From Desulfurococcales archaeon (GTDB lineage: Archaea; Thermoproteota; Thermoprotei_A; Sulfolobales; Desulfurococcaceae), in the NCBI GenBank assembly GCA_027022365.1, contig JALVYU010000031.1, positions 288,001 through 352,000 of the forward strand: a DNA stretch of 64,000 bases, in the 5' to 3' direction. Both the position numbers and the translations under genes were made by a program. Below the pieces are notes generated by a model that saw only the letters and a list, made by a program, of their open reading frames with translations, did not search any database and was not told where the DNA came from. The first letter of the stretch is position 1. Each line of letters starts with the position of its first letter. Below are positions 40,211 to 50,042 of the stretch, in pieces.

Positions 40211-41166
40211 GGAACCTCTACCCTTTCGAGAATGAAGTCGATGATCTTGTCAGGCGTCAGCCCTGTTATCAAGGCTTCACCGGATAACATTATCCTATGC
40301 CTCAAAGCAGCATGGGCAACGTACTTCACATCATCGGGTGTTATATAGTCTCTCCCCCTCATAAGAGCTATTCCTCTTGAGAGCAGTAGGAGTGCTATTG
40401 CTCCACGGGGTGATGCACCCAGCCTCACCATTTTATGGCTACGGGTAGCCTCCACGATCAATGCTATGTATTTCAACACGTTCTTATCAGCCCTGATCTT
40501 CTTAACCGTACTGATTATCTCCAAGATCTCTTTCGGCGTGAGGACAGGCTCCACATCTTCTTCGCGGACTATATCGTAGTAGCGCATAAGGATCTCAACA
40601 GTCTCATCCACACTGGGATACCCTATAATGATCTTGGACAAGAACCTGTCAACTTGTGCTTCGCTCAGGGGGAATGTCCCCTCGATCTCAATGGGGTTCA
40701 TTGTCGCAATAACGAGGAAGGGGCTCGGCAACCTGTATGTTCTGCCCTCGATGGTTACTTGTCTCTCCTGCATAGCCTCAAGCAGTGCCGCCTGGGTCTT
40801 CGGAGGCATACGGTTTATCTCGTCCACAAACAGGATATTGGTGAACACTGGACCCTGCTTGAAGACGAAGCCTTGCCTGGAAGGGTCGAAGATTTGTACC
40901 CCGATAATATCTGATGGCAGCATATCTGGTGTTCCCTGTACACGTTTGAAGTCCAGGCCCAGAGACCTGGCTATAGTTTTTGCCATTAGGGTCTTTGCGA
41001 CACCGGGGACTCCCTCGAGGAGGACATGGCCCTCGGAAAACAGTGTCGCCAAGACCAGTTCTAGCTCCTTCTTCTTACCGATCACTTTCTTCGAGACATT
41101 GTCTATGACGCGGGATAATAGTCTACTATACTTCTTTACTTTTTCTTCGAGGTCTCGGCTCCCCAA
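40207..41166 (-). CDS. moxR: MoxR family AAA+ ATPase
   Basis: GHVLLEGVPGVAKT, DEINRMPPKTQAALLEAMQE, NPIEIEGTFPL. Confidence 0.95.
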   Translation of the reverse strand: MGSRDLEEKVKKYSRLLSRVIDNVSKKVIGKKKELELVLATLFSEGHVLLEGVPGVAKTLMAKTIARSLGLDFKRVQGTPDMLPSDIIGVQIFDPSRQGFVFKQGPVFTNILFVDEINRMPPKTQAALLEAMQERQVTIEGRTYRLPSPFLVIATMNPIEIEGTFPLSEAQVDRFLSKIIIGYPSVDETVEILMRYYDIVREEDVEPVLTPKEILEIISTVKKIRADKNVLKYIALIVEATRSHKMVRLGASPRGAIALLLLSRGIALMRGRDYITPDDVKYVAHAALRHRIMLSGEALITGLTPDKIIDFILERVEVP

Positions 41167-42098
41167 TCTTTTAGCCCCCTCTGAATCTCTTTACGGGTAA
41201 TCAATGCCTCGTGTCTCGCAGGTTTCTTGAGCTTGGGGTAGGGTGCCCGGGGAAAGCTGAACAAGTACATTGATACAAACCCTGTGGTGATCATCCATAG
41301 AATCATTAGGGAGATTATCTTTAGCAGGCCCCGGTGCCCGAAGAATAATCCGGGAAAGCCGGAGACCATAGCCATGATGGTGTTAATAGTCATTACTCCT
41401 TTTAATGAATACATCATCCTATATGCTCTATTACCCTCATAGACCAGGATCTCCTTGTTCCCGACCAAGCGTTTTATGAAGTATGTATCGTGTACGCCGT
41501 AACGCGTGTCTGTCACTATGTAGTTTATTACGAGGCTCGAATCACCGATCACTATCACTTCTCCCTTACCGATCTTCTTCTCGAAAGCCACAACGCCGTT
41601 CCCGGCCCAGCAGATAGGCCTGGCATTCCTAGGCTCTGGGAAAGTCTTGAAGACATCGAATAGGACGGGCACGGCACGATCATCCACTCTACATATACCC
41701 ATAACAACACGCCCGGCAAAAACACCCGTGTTAACTCCCAGTAGCTTTAGGATCGCATCTGTATTATTTGTTTCATCCATAACTATTACTTCTCCGCCAT
41801 TCCTAACCCATTCGAGCACCTTGCGGGCATCATCTATGCTTATGGGCTTATCCGGGCTTATAATGAACAATACGTGAATCCATGGCGTGTATTGATGGAG
41901 ATCATCGAAGTCCGTGATGACTATCGGGCTATTCCTATACATCATTACCATGAAGAAATAGGATACACCTCCCGGGCCATTATTATATATTGATGGGGAA
42001 TCACCTATCACCTCGCGGGCTATCATTAAGTTTGAGTAGACAATCAATAAGATCAGAACAACGGCTATACTTACGCCGATAGCTTTTGAGCCTATCAG
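41136..42098 (-). CDS. DUF4350-like membrane protein; probable CTG start at 42098 (track starts at 42047)
   Basis: Frame is open upstream through a hydrophobic helix to a CTG overlapping the previous TGA; WVRNGGEVIVMDE, GKGEVIVIGDSS. Confidence 0.75.
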   Translation of the reverse strand: MIGSKAIGVSIAVVLILLIVYSNLMIAREVIGDSPSIYNNGPGGVSYFFMVMMYRNSPIVITDFDDLHQYTPWIHVLFIISPDKPISIDDARKVLEWVRNGGEVIVMDETNNTDAILKLLGVNTGVFAGRVVMGICRVDDRAVPVLFDVFKTFPEPRNARPICWAGNGVVAFEKKIGKGEVIVIGDSSLVINYIVTDTRYGVHDTYFIKRLVGNKEILVYEGNRAYRMMYSLKGVMTINTIMAMVSGFPGLFFGHRGLLKIISLMILWMITTGFVSMYLFSFPRAPYPKLKKPARHEALITRKEIQRGLKDWGAETSKKK

Positions 42099-42622
42099 TC
42101 TCCGACACCACCCCTGATCTTATCGATCTCCCTTACTACCTCATCGACATCGCTTCTTTCCTTGGATCCGTAAACTACGTCCTCGTAGACCTCCGCGAAC
42201 CTATAGATCCTCCTATCCCTGCTCATCAATGCCAGTTCTCTCGGCGTGCATGAGAGACAGCCGAAAATCTCTCTTAGCCGAAGATAATAGCTTCTCAGAA
42301 TCTTCTTTATCCCAGCATACTCGTAGATCGCTCCAATAAAAGAACGGCGTTCTCTGGCGCCGAGCTGAACTATTACACGTGTAGGGGCATGGAATCCGCC
42401 ACCATAATAATGGGCCAGGATCAATATCACGGCGATCACTATGGCGGAGAACAAGTAGTATACAAGAAAAGAAAAATGTAGAGCCCCGGCCTGGGGCTGC
42501 TTGTTCATTAATGCTACTGTAGAATTTAGTGTTAAGTTGCCCCTGGGAAACGTGGAATTAATTATGACTGGGTGGGCCGTACTGTTCTCGGGGATGGGTA
42601 TGTACCTTATAGGATTGCTCAA
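42095..42622 (-). CDS. DUF4129-like membrane-anchored protein
   Basis: TPRELA...YEDVVYG; first gene of the MoxR operon. Confidence 0.65.
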   Translation of the reverse strand: MSNPIRYIPIPENSTAHPVIINSTFPRGNLTLNSTVALMNKQPQAGALHFSFLVYYLFSAIVIAVILILAHYYGGGFHAPTRVIVQLGARERRSFIGAIYEYAGIKKILRSYYLRLREIFGCLSCTPRELALMSRDRRIYRFAEVYEDVVYGSKERSDVDEVVREIDKIRGGVGD

Positions 42623-42700
42623 TAACCCCGGGCACCCCAGAGATATAGTATGGTTGATTTTTCCTAAATATATTTGATATTAAAACCGGTTTAAACAGGC

Positions 42701-44230
42701 TTAAGAGCCGCTATCGATGATGCCCCGTATGATTTCCAATTTATCTTTCCTGGAAGGCAGAAGAGCATCGTCCTGGACGTAGTCAAGCCCTAATCTAAGG
42801 GCTTCCTCCGCCTTTGCTAGTTCGCCGCCTATGTAGGAGGCGTGATCGAGTCTCGACAAGAGTCCTTCCCGGATAATGGTGTCCCTGATCTCTCTCGCCG
42901 TCCTTCCTCTGATCAATAATCTGCCCTTCTTACCCATGTAGAGAGCCTCTATGACTCCTTCACGATGATTAACCCTTATCTTGAATATACCCATAGGATC
43001 CATAACGATCCTATCACTTGGTACAGCCTCGACCACCCTATACGGCTTTTCAAAGCCCACCCAGTGGAGAATTCTAGGCTTTACCAAAAGCATATCAATG
43101 CCTAGGTCACGGGGATTTTGCCCGAGATATGCTGAGAGGAGAAACAAGTTGTTCAAAGCCTTGATCTCCTGGAGGCTCCAGTAGAGCTTCTCTTCGAGCT
43201 CCCAGATAAACAGTAGGCCCACGCCCGTCCTAGCCAGTAGTGGAAGGAGCAGCCCGTAGAGCCCATGACTGTCAACGTCGACCCCCCACGCATGGTTGGT
43301 GGGCCAAGCCGATTTAGCAATACCATCAACCACCTCTAGCTGCTTGAGACGATCAAACAGGCTGAACGGATTGGGAGGCAGGGATATGTCGAGAATAATC
43401 CTGTGCGGCTCATCCTCAGCTCTCCTGACCGCAGAGGCTAGATCACTATATGACTCCACAACGACCCCGTACTTGTCCTCAATACTATCAACCTGTTCCG
43501 GCATGACACCATAAACCAGTGAAACCGTTACACCCTCCCCGACTATAGTGTCAAGGTACTGGTACGGCGCCGCTATCCTTCCATCGTACATCCTCAGATC
43601 CTTCACCAGGCCAAGTATTTCTTCGTCGGGCTCTCTCGGCGGAAGAGCGATTATGTCGGGCCTATAGGTTAGAACATAGTTTTTCAGCCAATCAGCGCCG
43701 AGACCGTGATCTAGGATGAGAGCGGTGATGAAGGGAGGCGGATTCAATGGCATCCGTAGATTGTTTATCATGATCGACTCCTTCAGCCGTTCACTCCGGG
43801 CCTTCTCTATGATCTCTCCTAGTTTTTCGCCGATGATCTCCTCAGCGGGGCGATCAGGCTCTAAGTTATCGATACCTATCATAAAGGCCAGGAGGAGCTG
43901 TTCAAGCTTATTAGGCCCACGTACAATCCTTACTCCCAGCTCCTCCATTATCTCCCTTAAGTCTCCTCTCACCAGGCCAGGAACCAGTATGATATCCGGT
44001 TTATCCTCCCCTACCAATCTCTTAAGATGATACAGGACCACGTTGCTCGTAGCGAGACCTATGACCTTCACAGGTATTTTCACAACCTTTACTTCCATAT
44101 CCCTTGAGAGAGGAGCTACATACCTATTAACATATTCCCTAACCATGGGATAAGCATACTCTCCCGTAACTATCCAGATCCTTCTAGCCACACCCATCAT
44201 CTCTTTTTCAGCCACATCATTAAATAACAA
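42701..44230 (-). CDS. Dihydropteroate synthase-like archaeal protein with C-terminal DUF4346
   Basis: IWIVTG, IILVPGLVRGD, DVDSHGLYGLL, DPMGIFKI, RLDHASYIGGELAKAE...YVQD. Confidence 0.82.
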   Translation of the reverse strand: MLFNDVAEKEMMGVARRIWIVTGEYAYPMVREYVNRYVAPLSRDMEVKVVKIPVKVIGLATSNVVLYHLKRLVGEDKPDIILVPGLVRGDLREIMEELGVRIVRGPNKLEQLLLAFMIGIDNLEPDRPAEEIIGEKLGEIIEKARSERLKESIMINNLRMPLNPPPFITALILDHGLGADWLKNYVLTYRPDIIALPPREPDEEILGLVKDLRMYDGRIAAPYQYLDTIVGEGVTVSLVYGVMPEQVDSIEDKYGVVVESYSDLASAVRRAEDEPHRIILDISLPPNPFSLFDRLKQLEVVDGIAKSAWPTNHAWGVDVDSHGLYGLLLPLLARTGVGLLFIWELEEKLYWSLQEIKALNNLFLLSAYLGQNPRDLGIDMLLVKPRILHWVGFEKPYRVVEAVPSDRIVMDPMGIFKIRVNHREGVIEALYMGKKGRLLIRGRTAREIRDTIIREGLLSRLDHASYIGGELAKAEEALRLGLDYVQDDALLPSRKDKLEIIRGIIDSGS

Positions 44231-44288
44231 GTATTTCTAGAACACCATGTATGATAATATTATTGCACTACAATTATACTCTAACTCT

Positions 44289-45138
44289 CTAATATACACC
44301 GATGAAGATCCCTAGCGCTGAAACCAGTGTGCCATAGACTGCTCTGGGAGACGGCTTTTCTCCAGCTATTACCCTAGAGAACATCCTGCCTAGGACGGGG
44401 CTTATGCTGGTTGCCAGCGCTGTTACCGCTACGCCAACTGTTTTCACCGCGTACAGGAATAGGGTCATGCCTATTCCGAAGCCCAGTCCCCCGGCTATGA
44501 ATCCTAGTATGAAGCCGTTCTTCGTGAAGACATAGGGTGTCTCCCTGTATGATACTGTTGCTAGGATTAGGAGAACTGTTAGGTTCCTGTAGAGGGCTAC
44601 TACTAGTGGTGCTCCGTAGCTGACGGCGAGTCTGCTCAGGGTGGCGCCCATTCCCCATGAGAGAGCTGCTGCTAGGGCTGCGGCTACACCGGCCTTGTTC
44701 AGCCTTTGTTTCTCGCCACTGTAGATCAAATATATTCCTGTCAGGGCGAGGACTGTGCCTATGACTAGTCTTGGACTAAGCTGTTCGTGGTAGAGTATGG
44801 CAGATAGTACTTGTGCTATGAATATATATGTATATCCTATTGAGACTGCGTTTCCTCCCCCTATTCTCTGTATGCTGTATATGTAGGATAGGTCGCCGAG
44901 CAGTGGCCCGAAAACAGCGCTGATCGCTATTACGAGGAGGCCTGCGGGGGGGAATACTTGGTGGTAGTGATGACGCTATAACCATTAACGCCAGTAAGAT
45001 GACGGCGTACATGCTGCGTGCATAGTTGATGATATAGAATGGTTTGTCGCGCCCATACCTGCTTATTATCCCTGGTGCGAGGCCCCAGATCGTGCCCGCC
45101 AGTAGTCCTGCCAGTACGCCTAGCACTATCGTTGTCAT
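44289..45138 (-). pseudogene. EamA/DMT transporter split by a +1 frameshift in a C7 run
   Basis: Span is 850 nt (3n+1); removing one G from GGGGGGG at 44946-44952 joins the two track ORFs into a 282-aa two-domain EamA protein. Confidence 0.85.
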
Positions 45139-45258
45139 TTATAGTCTCGCTCCTCTAAGGATATTACCATGTTATAGCCTTGATTAAACAACTACCTAAT
45201 AAGCAACATTATCTCCGATGAGAGGAAGGAAAAGACATTATGATCCGGGCTTGTGGTG

Positions 45259-45930
45259 CTAGACGGGCCACTTCTCCATCCTGTAGGCCATGTCCCAGAA
45301 CATGTACTCGTACCTGCTACTGGTTCTGAAAATCCATTTCAGCCTCTCGATATCACTGTACCCGATGCCTATCTTGTCGACTGTTTTTATCAAGTCCTTT
45401 GTCAGCTCCCTGTACTCCTTTGACCTGTACGTCTCTATCCATTCACGGTATATCTTGTTCTTGTTCTCCTCTATGAGATCCTCTAGTTGCTCGGGAAGCC
45501 ACATGTATGTCCAGAAGCAGGGTAGTGTTGAGACAAGGCACTCGACCGGCTCTCCCAGACTACATATGCTTAGGACGTGGTTCACGTAGGCGAGAGTTGT
45601 TGGCGCGGGCTCGACGGCTCTGACCTGCTCGAGCGTCAGCCCGATCTCGCCTAGGTGTTTCTCGTAGTTCTCGAGCTCTATGGTCGCATCGCTGTAGGCC
45701 ATCCATAATGCTTTCCTGGTGAGCTCGTAGTCCCTTGTCTTGGCCGCTAATAGTGCGAAACTCCTTGTCATACCCACTAAGAAGTAATAGTCTTGGGCGA
45801 CATAATACCTGTACTTTTCCAGGGGGAGTGTTCCCCGGAATAGTTCCTGGACGAATGAATGGTTCTTTATTGCTTCCCAGATCCTCTTGGAATCCCTGTA
45901 GAGTAGGTTGTGTAGGGGCTCCTCTGCCAT
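45259..45930 (-). CDS. tenA: Thiaminase II / aminopyrimidine aminohydrolase
   Basis: HSFVQEL, YVAQDYYFL, LPCFWTY, YREWIETY, EYMFWDMAY. Confidence 0.92.
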   Translation of the reverse strand: MAEEPLHNLLYRDSKRIWEAIKNHSFVQELFRGTLPLEKYRYYVAQDYYFLVGMTRSFALLAAKTRDYELTRKALWMAYSDATIELENYEKHLGEIGLTLEQVRAVEPAPTTLAYVNHVLSICSLGEPVECLVSTLPCFWTYMWLPEQLEDLIEENKNKIYREWIETYRSKEYRELTKDLIKTVDKIGIGYSDIERLKWIFRTSSRYEYMFWDMAYRMEKWPV

Positions 45931-45934
45931 GCTA

Positions 45935-46474
45935 TCATCTCCTGATAGCTTTCCCTACGGCGGCGGCTACTGCTCCATATACTGCTCCGCTGAACATTGC
46001 TGCTACTAGCCAGAACAGCATTACTGGTGGTGTAGCTATTTCTCCAAAGAGTATCGCGTCGAGTGCTACGCATGGGAATGCTGCGAATACTCCTGCTAGT
46101 GCACCTGCTAGTACTCCCCAGTTCTTATACCCTAGGAGGAGATAGGCCAGCTCGCTTGCAAGTCCCTGGGCTATACCGTATTCGAGGTTTGTGAATCCTC
46201 CCGCTGTAGGTATTATTGTCTCGATCAATGCTCCGAGGGTTTCTCCCAGGAACGCTGATCCCGGCTTCCTAATAAGAGTGGCTGCGAGGGGTGCCCCAAT
46301 ATACCATAACCCGTAGCTTATTGCTCTGGCCAGCACTGGTCCGCCGAGTGCTTTGCCGAAGTAGTAGACGTACCATGCTGAGTAGAACACTATTCCCGAT
46401 ACGACTGCTACTACGCCGAGTATAGCGTAATCAACCGTTGTGTATCTCGTTCTGCCCACCATTTTTATCACCAT
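45935..46474 (-). CDS. ECF transporter S component (YkoE-like, thiamine precursor)
   Basis: YGLWY, IRKPGSAFLGE, GIAQGLASE; next to tenA. Confidence 0.85.
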   Translation of the reverse strand: MVIKMVGRTRYTTVDYAILGVVAVVSGIVFYSAWYVYYFGKALGGPVLARAISYGLWYIGAPLAATLIRKPGSAFLGETLGALIETIIPTAGGFTNLEYGIAQGLASELAYLLLGYKNWGVLAGALAGVFAAFPCVALDAILFGEIATPPVMLFWLVAAMFSGAVYGAVAAAVGKAIRR

Positions 46475-46494
46475 GTTATCTATCCCTAGATAAC
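46475..46494. promoter_or_regulatory. Palindromic candidate operator between divergent thiamine genes
   Basis: GTTATCTA-tccc-TAGATAAC, a perfect 8-bp inverted repeat. Confidence 0.5.
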
Positions 46495-46549
46495 CAGGTA
46501 ATAAATGTTTTAATAACCCAGTAAATATACTGAGACCCCGGGAGAGAAC

Positions 46550-47362
46550 ATGAGCTTCTTCCCCGAAACACTCAAGAGCCTGGACGAGGCCGACCTAGCT
46601 AGGAGAATAATAGATGCAGCGCATGACAGGCTATGGGATATCGCTGAGACGGACGTAGTGGTCGTGGGCGCCGGCCCAGCAGGCCTTACGGCGGCCTACT
46701 ACCTCGCAAAGAAGGGCGTCAGAGTACTTGTTCTCGAGAGGATGCTGGGCGTCGGCGGCGGGATAAGAGGCGGCTCGATGCTCCTGCCAGTAGCACTCGT
46801 CGAGGAGGGCGAGGCCCTTAAGATAGTCGAGGAAGTAGGGGCCCATACAAGGGGACTCGGAGAAGGAGTCTACGCTGTAGATCCCACGGAGCTAATGCTA
46901 AGAATAGCTGTCAGAGCAATAGACCACGGCGCAGTAATATGGCCCGGCGTACACGTGGAAGACCTGATAACGAGGGGAGAAGACAGTGCCTTGCGGGTAA
47001 CAGGAGTACTGATAAACTGGACGGTAGTCTACGAGTCAGGGTGGCACGTGGATCCACTCTATATATGGAGCAAAGCAGTGGTAGACGCGACAGGCCACGA
47101 CGCCTACATAGTGAAGATCCTGGCAGAGAGGCATCCGGAGCTCAGCCTCCTAGTACCTGGGATGCAGAGCCAGGACGTCTGGCGCGGCGAAGAAGAAGTA
47201 GTTGAGAAAACAGGACGGGTAATCCCCGGCCTATACGTAGCAGGAATGGCGGTAGCGGAGCTGTACAACACGCCGAGAATGGGCCCGATAATCGGGGGAA
47301 TGCTTGTCTCAGGCAAGAAAGTAGCAGATCTTATAACTGATGATTTGTCCAAGAATCCCTAA
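46550..47362 (+). CDS. thi4: Thiazole synthase Thi4 (His-type, sulfide-dependent)
   Basis: VVGAGPAGL, GGGIRGGS, GWHVDP, DATGHD, PRMGPIIGGML. Confidence 0.92.
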   Translation: MSFFPETLKSLDEADLARRIIDAAHDRLWDIAETDVVVVGAGPAGLTAAYYLAKKGVRVLVLERMLGVGGGIRGGSMLLPVALVEEGEALKIVEEVGAHTRGLGEGVYAVDPTELMLRIAVRAIDHGAVIWPGVHVEDLITRGEDSALRVTGVLINWTVVYESGWHVDPLYIWSKAVVDATGHDAYIVKILAERHPELSLLVPGMQSQDVWRGEEEVVEKTGRVIPGLYVAGMAVAELYNTPRMGPIIGGMLVSGKKVADLITDDLSKNP

Positions 47363-47561
47363 AACATAGTATTACAAGCCTTCTGAAGATGAAGAAATAC
47401 AGGCACGTTCAATGTGTCTCTCCAGCATTCCTTCAAGGACCTACAGTGAATAGCCTTTGTTTCATTCTTATGATATGTGTTTTCGAGATATGAACATCAT
47501 GTTTATATATTCGTTGATTAAAATTAGTTTTTCTCTGACATAGGTACTTCCTCGCGATTCA

Positions 47562-48488
47562 ATGGTGTATGTCATGTTTACGGTAGAGAATATAACACGA
47601 TATTTTGGCAGGTTTAAGGCGCTAGACAATGTTAGTTTTAAGGTTGATAACGGAGAGATTGTCGGATACGTCGGCTTGAATGGCGCTGGTAAAACAACCA
47701 CTATTAGGATTTGCGTCGGCGTTCTCCGCCCTTCCAGCGGCGATGTAGTCGTTGATGGCTACTCGATCACTAGGCAGAAACGCGAGGCCAGCTTCCACAT
47801 AGGCTGGGTGCCCGAGCTACCTATTTTCGAGCTCGACGAGAAGGCTATCGACTACTTTGTCTACCTGGCCGGATACTACGGCTTGTCCAGGAGCGAGGCG
47901 CGCAGGCTTGGGAAGGAGCTTTTCGAGCAAGTAGGGCTGTCTAGGTTCATGGAGCGCAGACTCAAACACTACAGCCTAGGCATGAAGAAGCGTTTTGCCC
48001 TGGCGGTGTCGATGATTAATGATCCACGCAACTTCTTCTTCGACGAGGTCTTGAACGGCCTCGACCCTAAGGGAATAGCTTTCTTCAGGGATCTGGTGAA
48101 GCGGTTTAAGCGTGAAGGCAGGGCAGTGCTGTTTTCAAGCCATATACTGAGCGAGGTTGAGAACATAGCCGACAAGGTTGTATTCATCCACAAGGGCAGG
48201 ATCATCGCCGTCAAGACCATGGATGAGATCAAGAGCATGGTTAAACCCGCCCTGGTCGTGAAGGTATCTAATCCTGACGACAAGCTACCAAAGATCCTAG
48301 AGAAGTACGGGGAGGTCAGAGCCAGGGACGGGAAATACATCTTAGTGTTCAAGGAGAAGCCGGACAAAAACCAGATAGTCAAGGAGCTCGTTGAGAACGG
48401 CTATAGCGTCGAGGAGATCAGGCCAGCCAGGACCAGTCTCGAGAAAGTATTCTTCAAACTAATAGGCGAGGCGGGGGAGGAGCGGTGA
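47562..48488 (+). CDS. ABC exporter ATP-binding protein
   Basis: GLNGAGKTT, YSLGMKKR, FFDEVLNGLD, SSHILSE. Confidence 0.93.
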   Translation: MVYVMFTVENITRYFGRFKALDNVSFKVDNGEIVGYVGLNGAGKTTTIRICVGVLRPSSGDVVVDGYSITRQKREASFHIGWVPELPIFELDEKAIDYFVYLAGYYGLSRSEARRLGKELFEQVGLSRFMERRLKHYSLGMKKRFALAVSMINDPRNFFFDEVLNGLDPKGIAFFRDLVKRFKREGRAVLFSSHILSEVENIADKVVFIHKGRIIAVKTMDEIKSMVKPALVVKVSNPDDKLPKILEKYGEVRARDGKYILVFKEKPDKNQIVKELVENGYSVEEIRPARTSLEKVFFKLIGEAGEER

Positions 48489-49981
48489 AGAGGAGCCTTG
48501 TCCCGGTAATATATGATTTCAAACGCTCATTCCTCAGGGCTTCAACACTTGTATTGCTCGTATTATTCATAGTGGCCGGGATAGGATTATCGTATCTAAG
48601 CTACAGCATAGTCTCGAACCTTGCCGGCCCCGTCAGAACACTCGGGATAATAGCCATGGATAACGGCAATACAACAGTCTATGGCGTAGCCTATGACCTG
48701 GTCGGAAGACAGTTGAGCGGTGCGAAAATATTGTTCCTAGACAAAATGGGGAGAACAATATATGAATCCCGGGTCGATGGACTGTATCATCTAAGCTTCA
48801 AAGCACCTATTAATGATAGAATAGCTAGGGTCAGGATAATATATAATGGTAAGAGAGCAGACGAGGACGTCCTACCCCTAAACTACGTCAATAAGACATA
48901 CTATATCCTATACTATGCAAATCCTTTCTCTCTAACCGAGAGCGATGGAGTACTATGGATGCCCCCAGATAACCCGAGGACATATGCTGTTGTTTCCCTC
49001 ATAATGCTGGATAAGAGCTCCGGCGAGGCTCTACTCCAGGTATTGTCGTTCAACACCGCTGATCATCGGCTTAAGCCGAACTACGAACTAATCATCGGCT
49101 ACATGAAGCTGAGCAGCAACGGCCCGGATACCACTTACATCAACGCAAGCAAACTGCCACATATAGTCCCTTATAAGGTTATCAATATTAGCGACCCTTA
49201 TGTTAGATATAGGGTTAAACTAGATCCCAGCTATAACGCCATAGTGGTAAGGGTTAATGGATCAAATGAGACCTTGATAATAAGATACGATAGGCTACGG
49301 CCTGCGAAAGGGTTCATGATAGAATCAATGCTTAGCTCGAGCGGCCTCCAGTTATTCCTCAACTTCTTCCCCATAGTCTTCCTCTACCTAGCATATAAGC
49401 TGATATCTAAGCCTAAGGCCAGCGGCGCGCTCGAATTCATTCTAGCGAGGCCGGTTACTAAATGGGATCTATATGTCACGCGTTATGTGTCAGGAGTCCT
49501 AACCGCCCTGGTTTCATCCGCTATCTTCGTAGTAGCCCTCGACATCGGCTTTGCGGCTTTATGGGGCATAGCTTTCGGGGCTTACACGTCTTTTCTGCTC
49601 TTCCTAGCGATATTCCTGGGCCTGGTTGCATGGTATAGTTTCTGCTACCTATTGTCGTCCGGGCTGAAGAGCTCCTCAGGCTACTTAGCGCTCTCTATAG
49701 TATTCTATTTGTTGTTCGCCATGTTCTGGGGCCTCATAACGTTCTTGGTCGCTCTGCAGATAGGGGCCGGTTTCACGGGTGAGGCCTGGGAGAGCCTCAG
49801 CTACAAGCTCAGCATGCTGAACCCGATTAAGGTCAGCGACCTGATAATATATTATGTTAGGCTGCATTACGGCTTGGTCACGCCCATACAGTGGATTAAC
49901 CCCGGCATCGTGGCTGGGGCGATCCTCGCCTGGATAGTAGTGCCATTCATACTCGGCTATCTCGTGTTCAAGAAGGACTGA
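48485..49981 (+). CDS. ABC exporter permease with large extracellular domain
   Basis: N-terminal TM, soluble domain, GALEFILARPV, C-terminal TMs ending FKKD. Confidence 0.85.
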   Translation: MKRSLVPVIYDFKRSFLRASTLVLLVLFIVAGIGLSYLSYSIVSNLAGPVRTLGIIAMDNGNTTVYGVAYDLVGRQLSGAKILFLDKMGRTIYESRVDGLYHLSFKAPINDRIARVRIIYNGKRADEDVLPLNYVNKTYYILYYANPFSLTESDGVLWMPPDNPRTYAVVSLIMLDKSSGEALLQVLSFNTADHRLKPNYELIIGYMKLSSNGPDTTYINASKLPHIVPYKVINISDPYVRYRVKLDPSYNAIVVRVNGSNETLIIRYDRLRPAKGFMIESMLSSSGLQLFLNFFPIVFLYLAYKLISKPKASGALEFILARPVTKWDLYVTRYVSGVLTALVSSAIFVVALDIGFAALWGIAFGAYTSFLLFLAIFLGLVAWYSFCYLLSSGLKSSSGYLALSIVFYLLFAMFWGLITFLVALQIGAGFTGEAWESLSYKLSMLNPIKVSDLIIYYVRLHYGLVTPIQWINPGIVAGAILAWIVVPFILGYLVFKKD

Positions 49982-50042
49982 TTACAGGGAGAAAAATAAG
50001 AAAAAAACTGTTTGTTTCGGGGAAAAACCTATCTTTTCCCCG

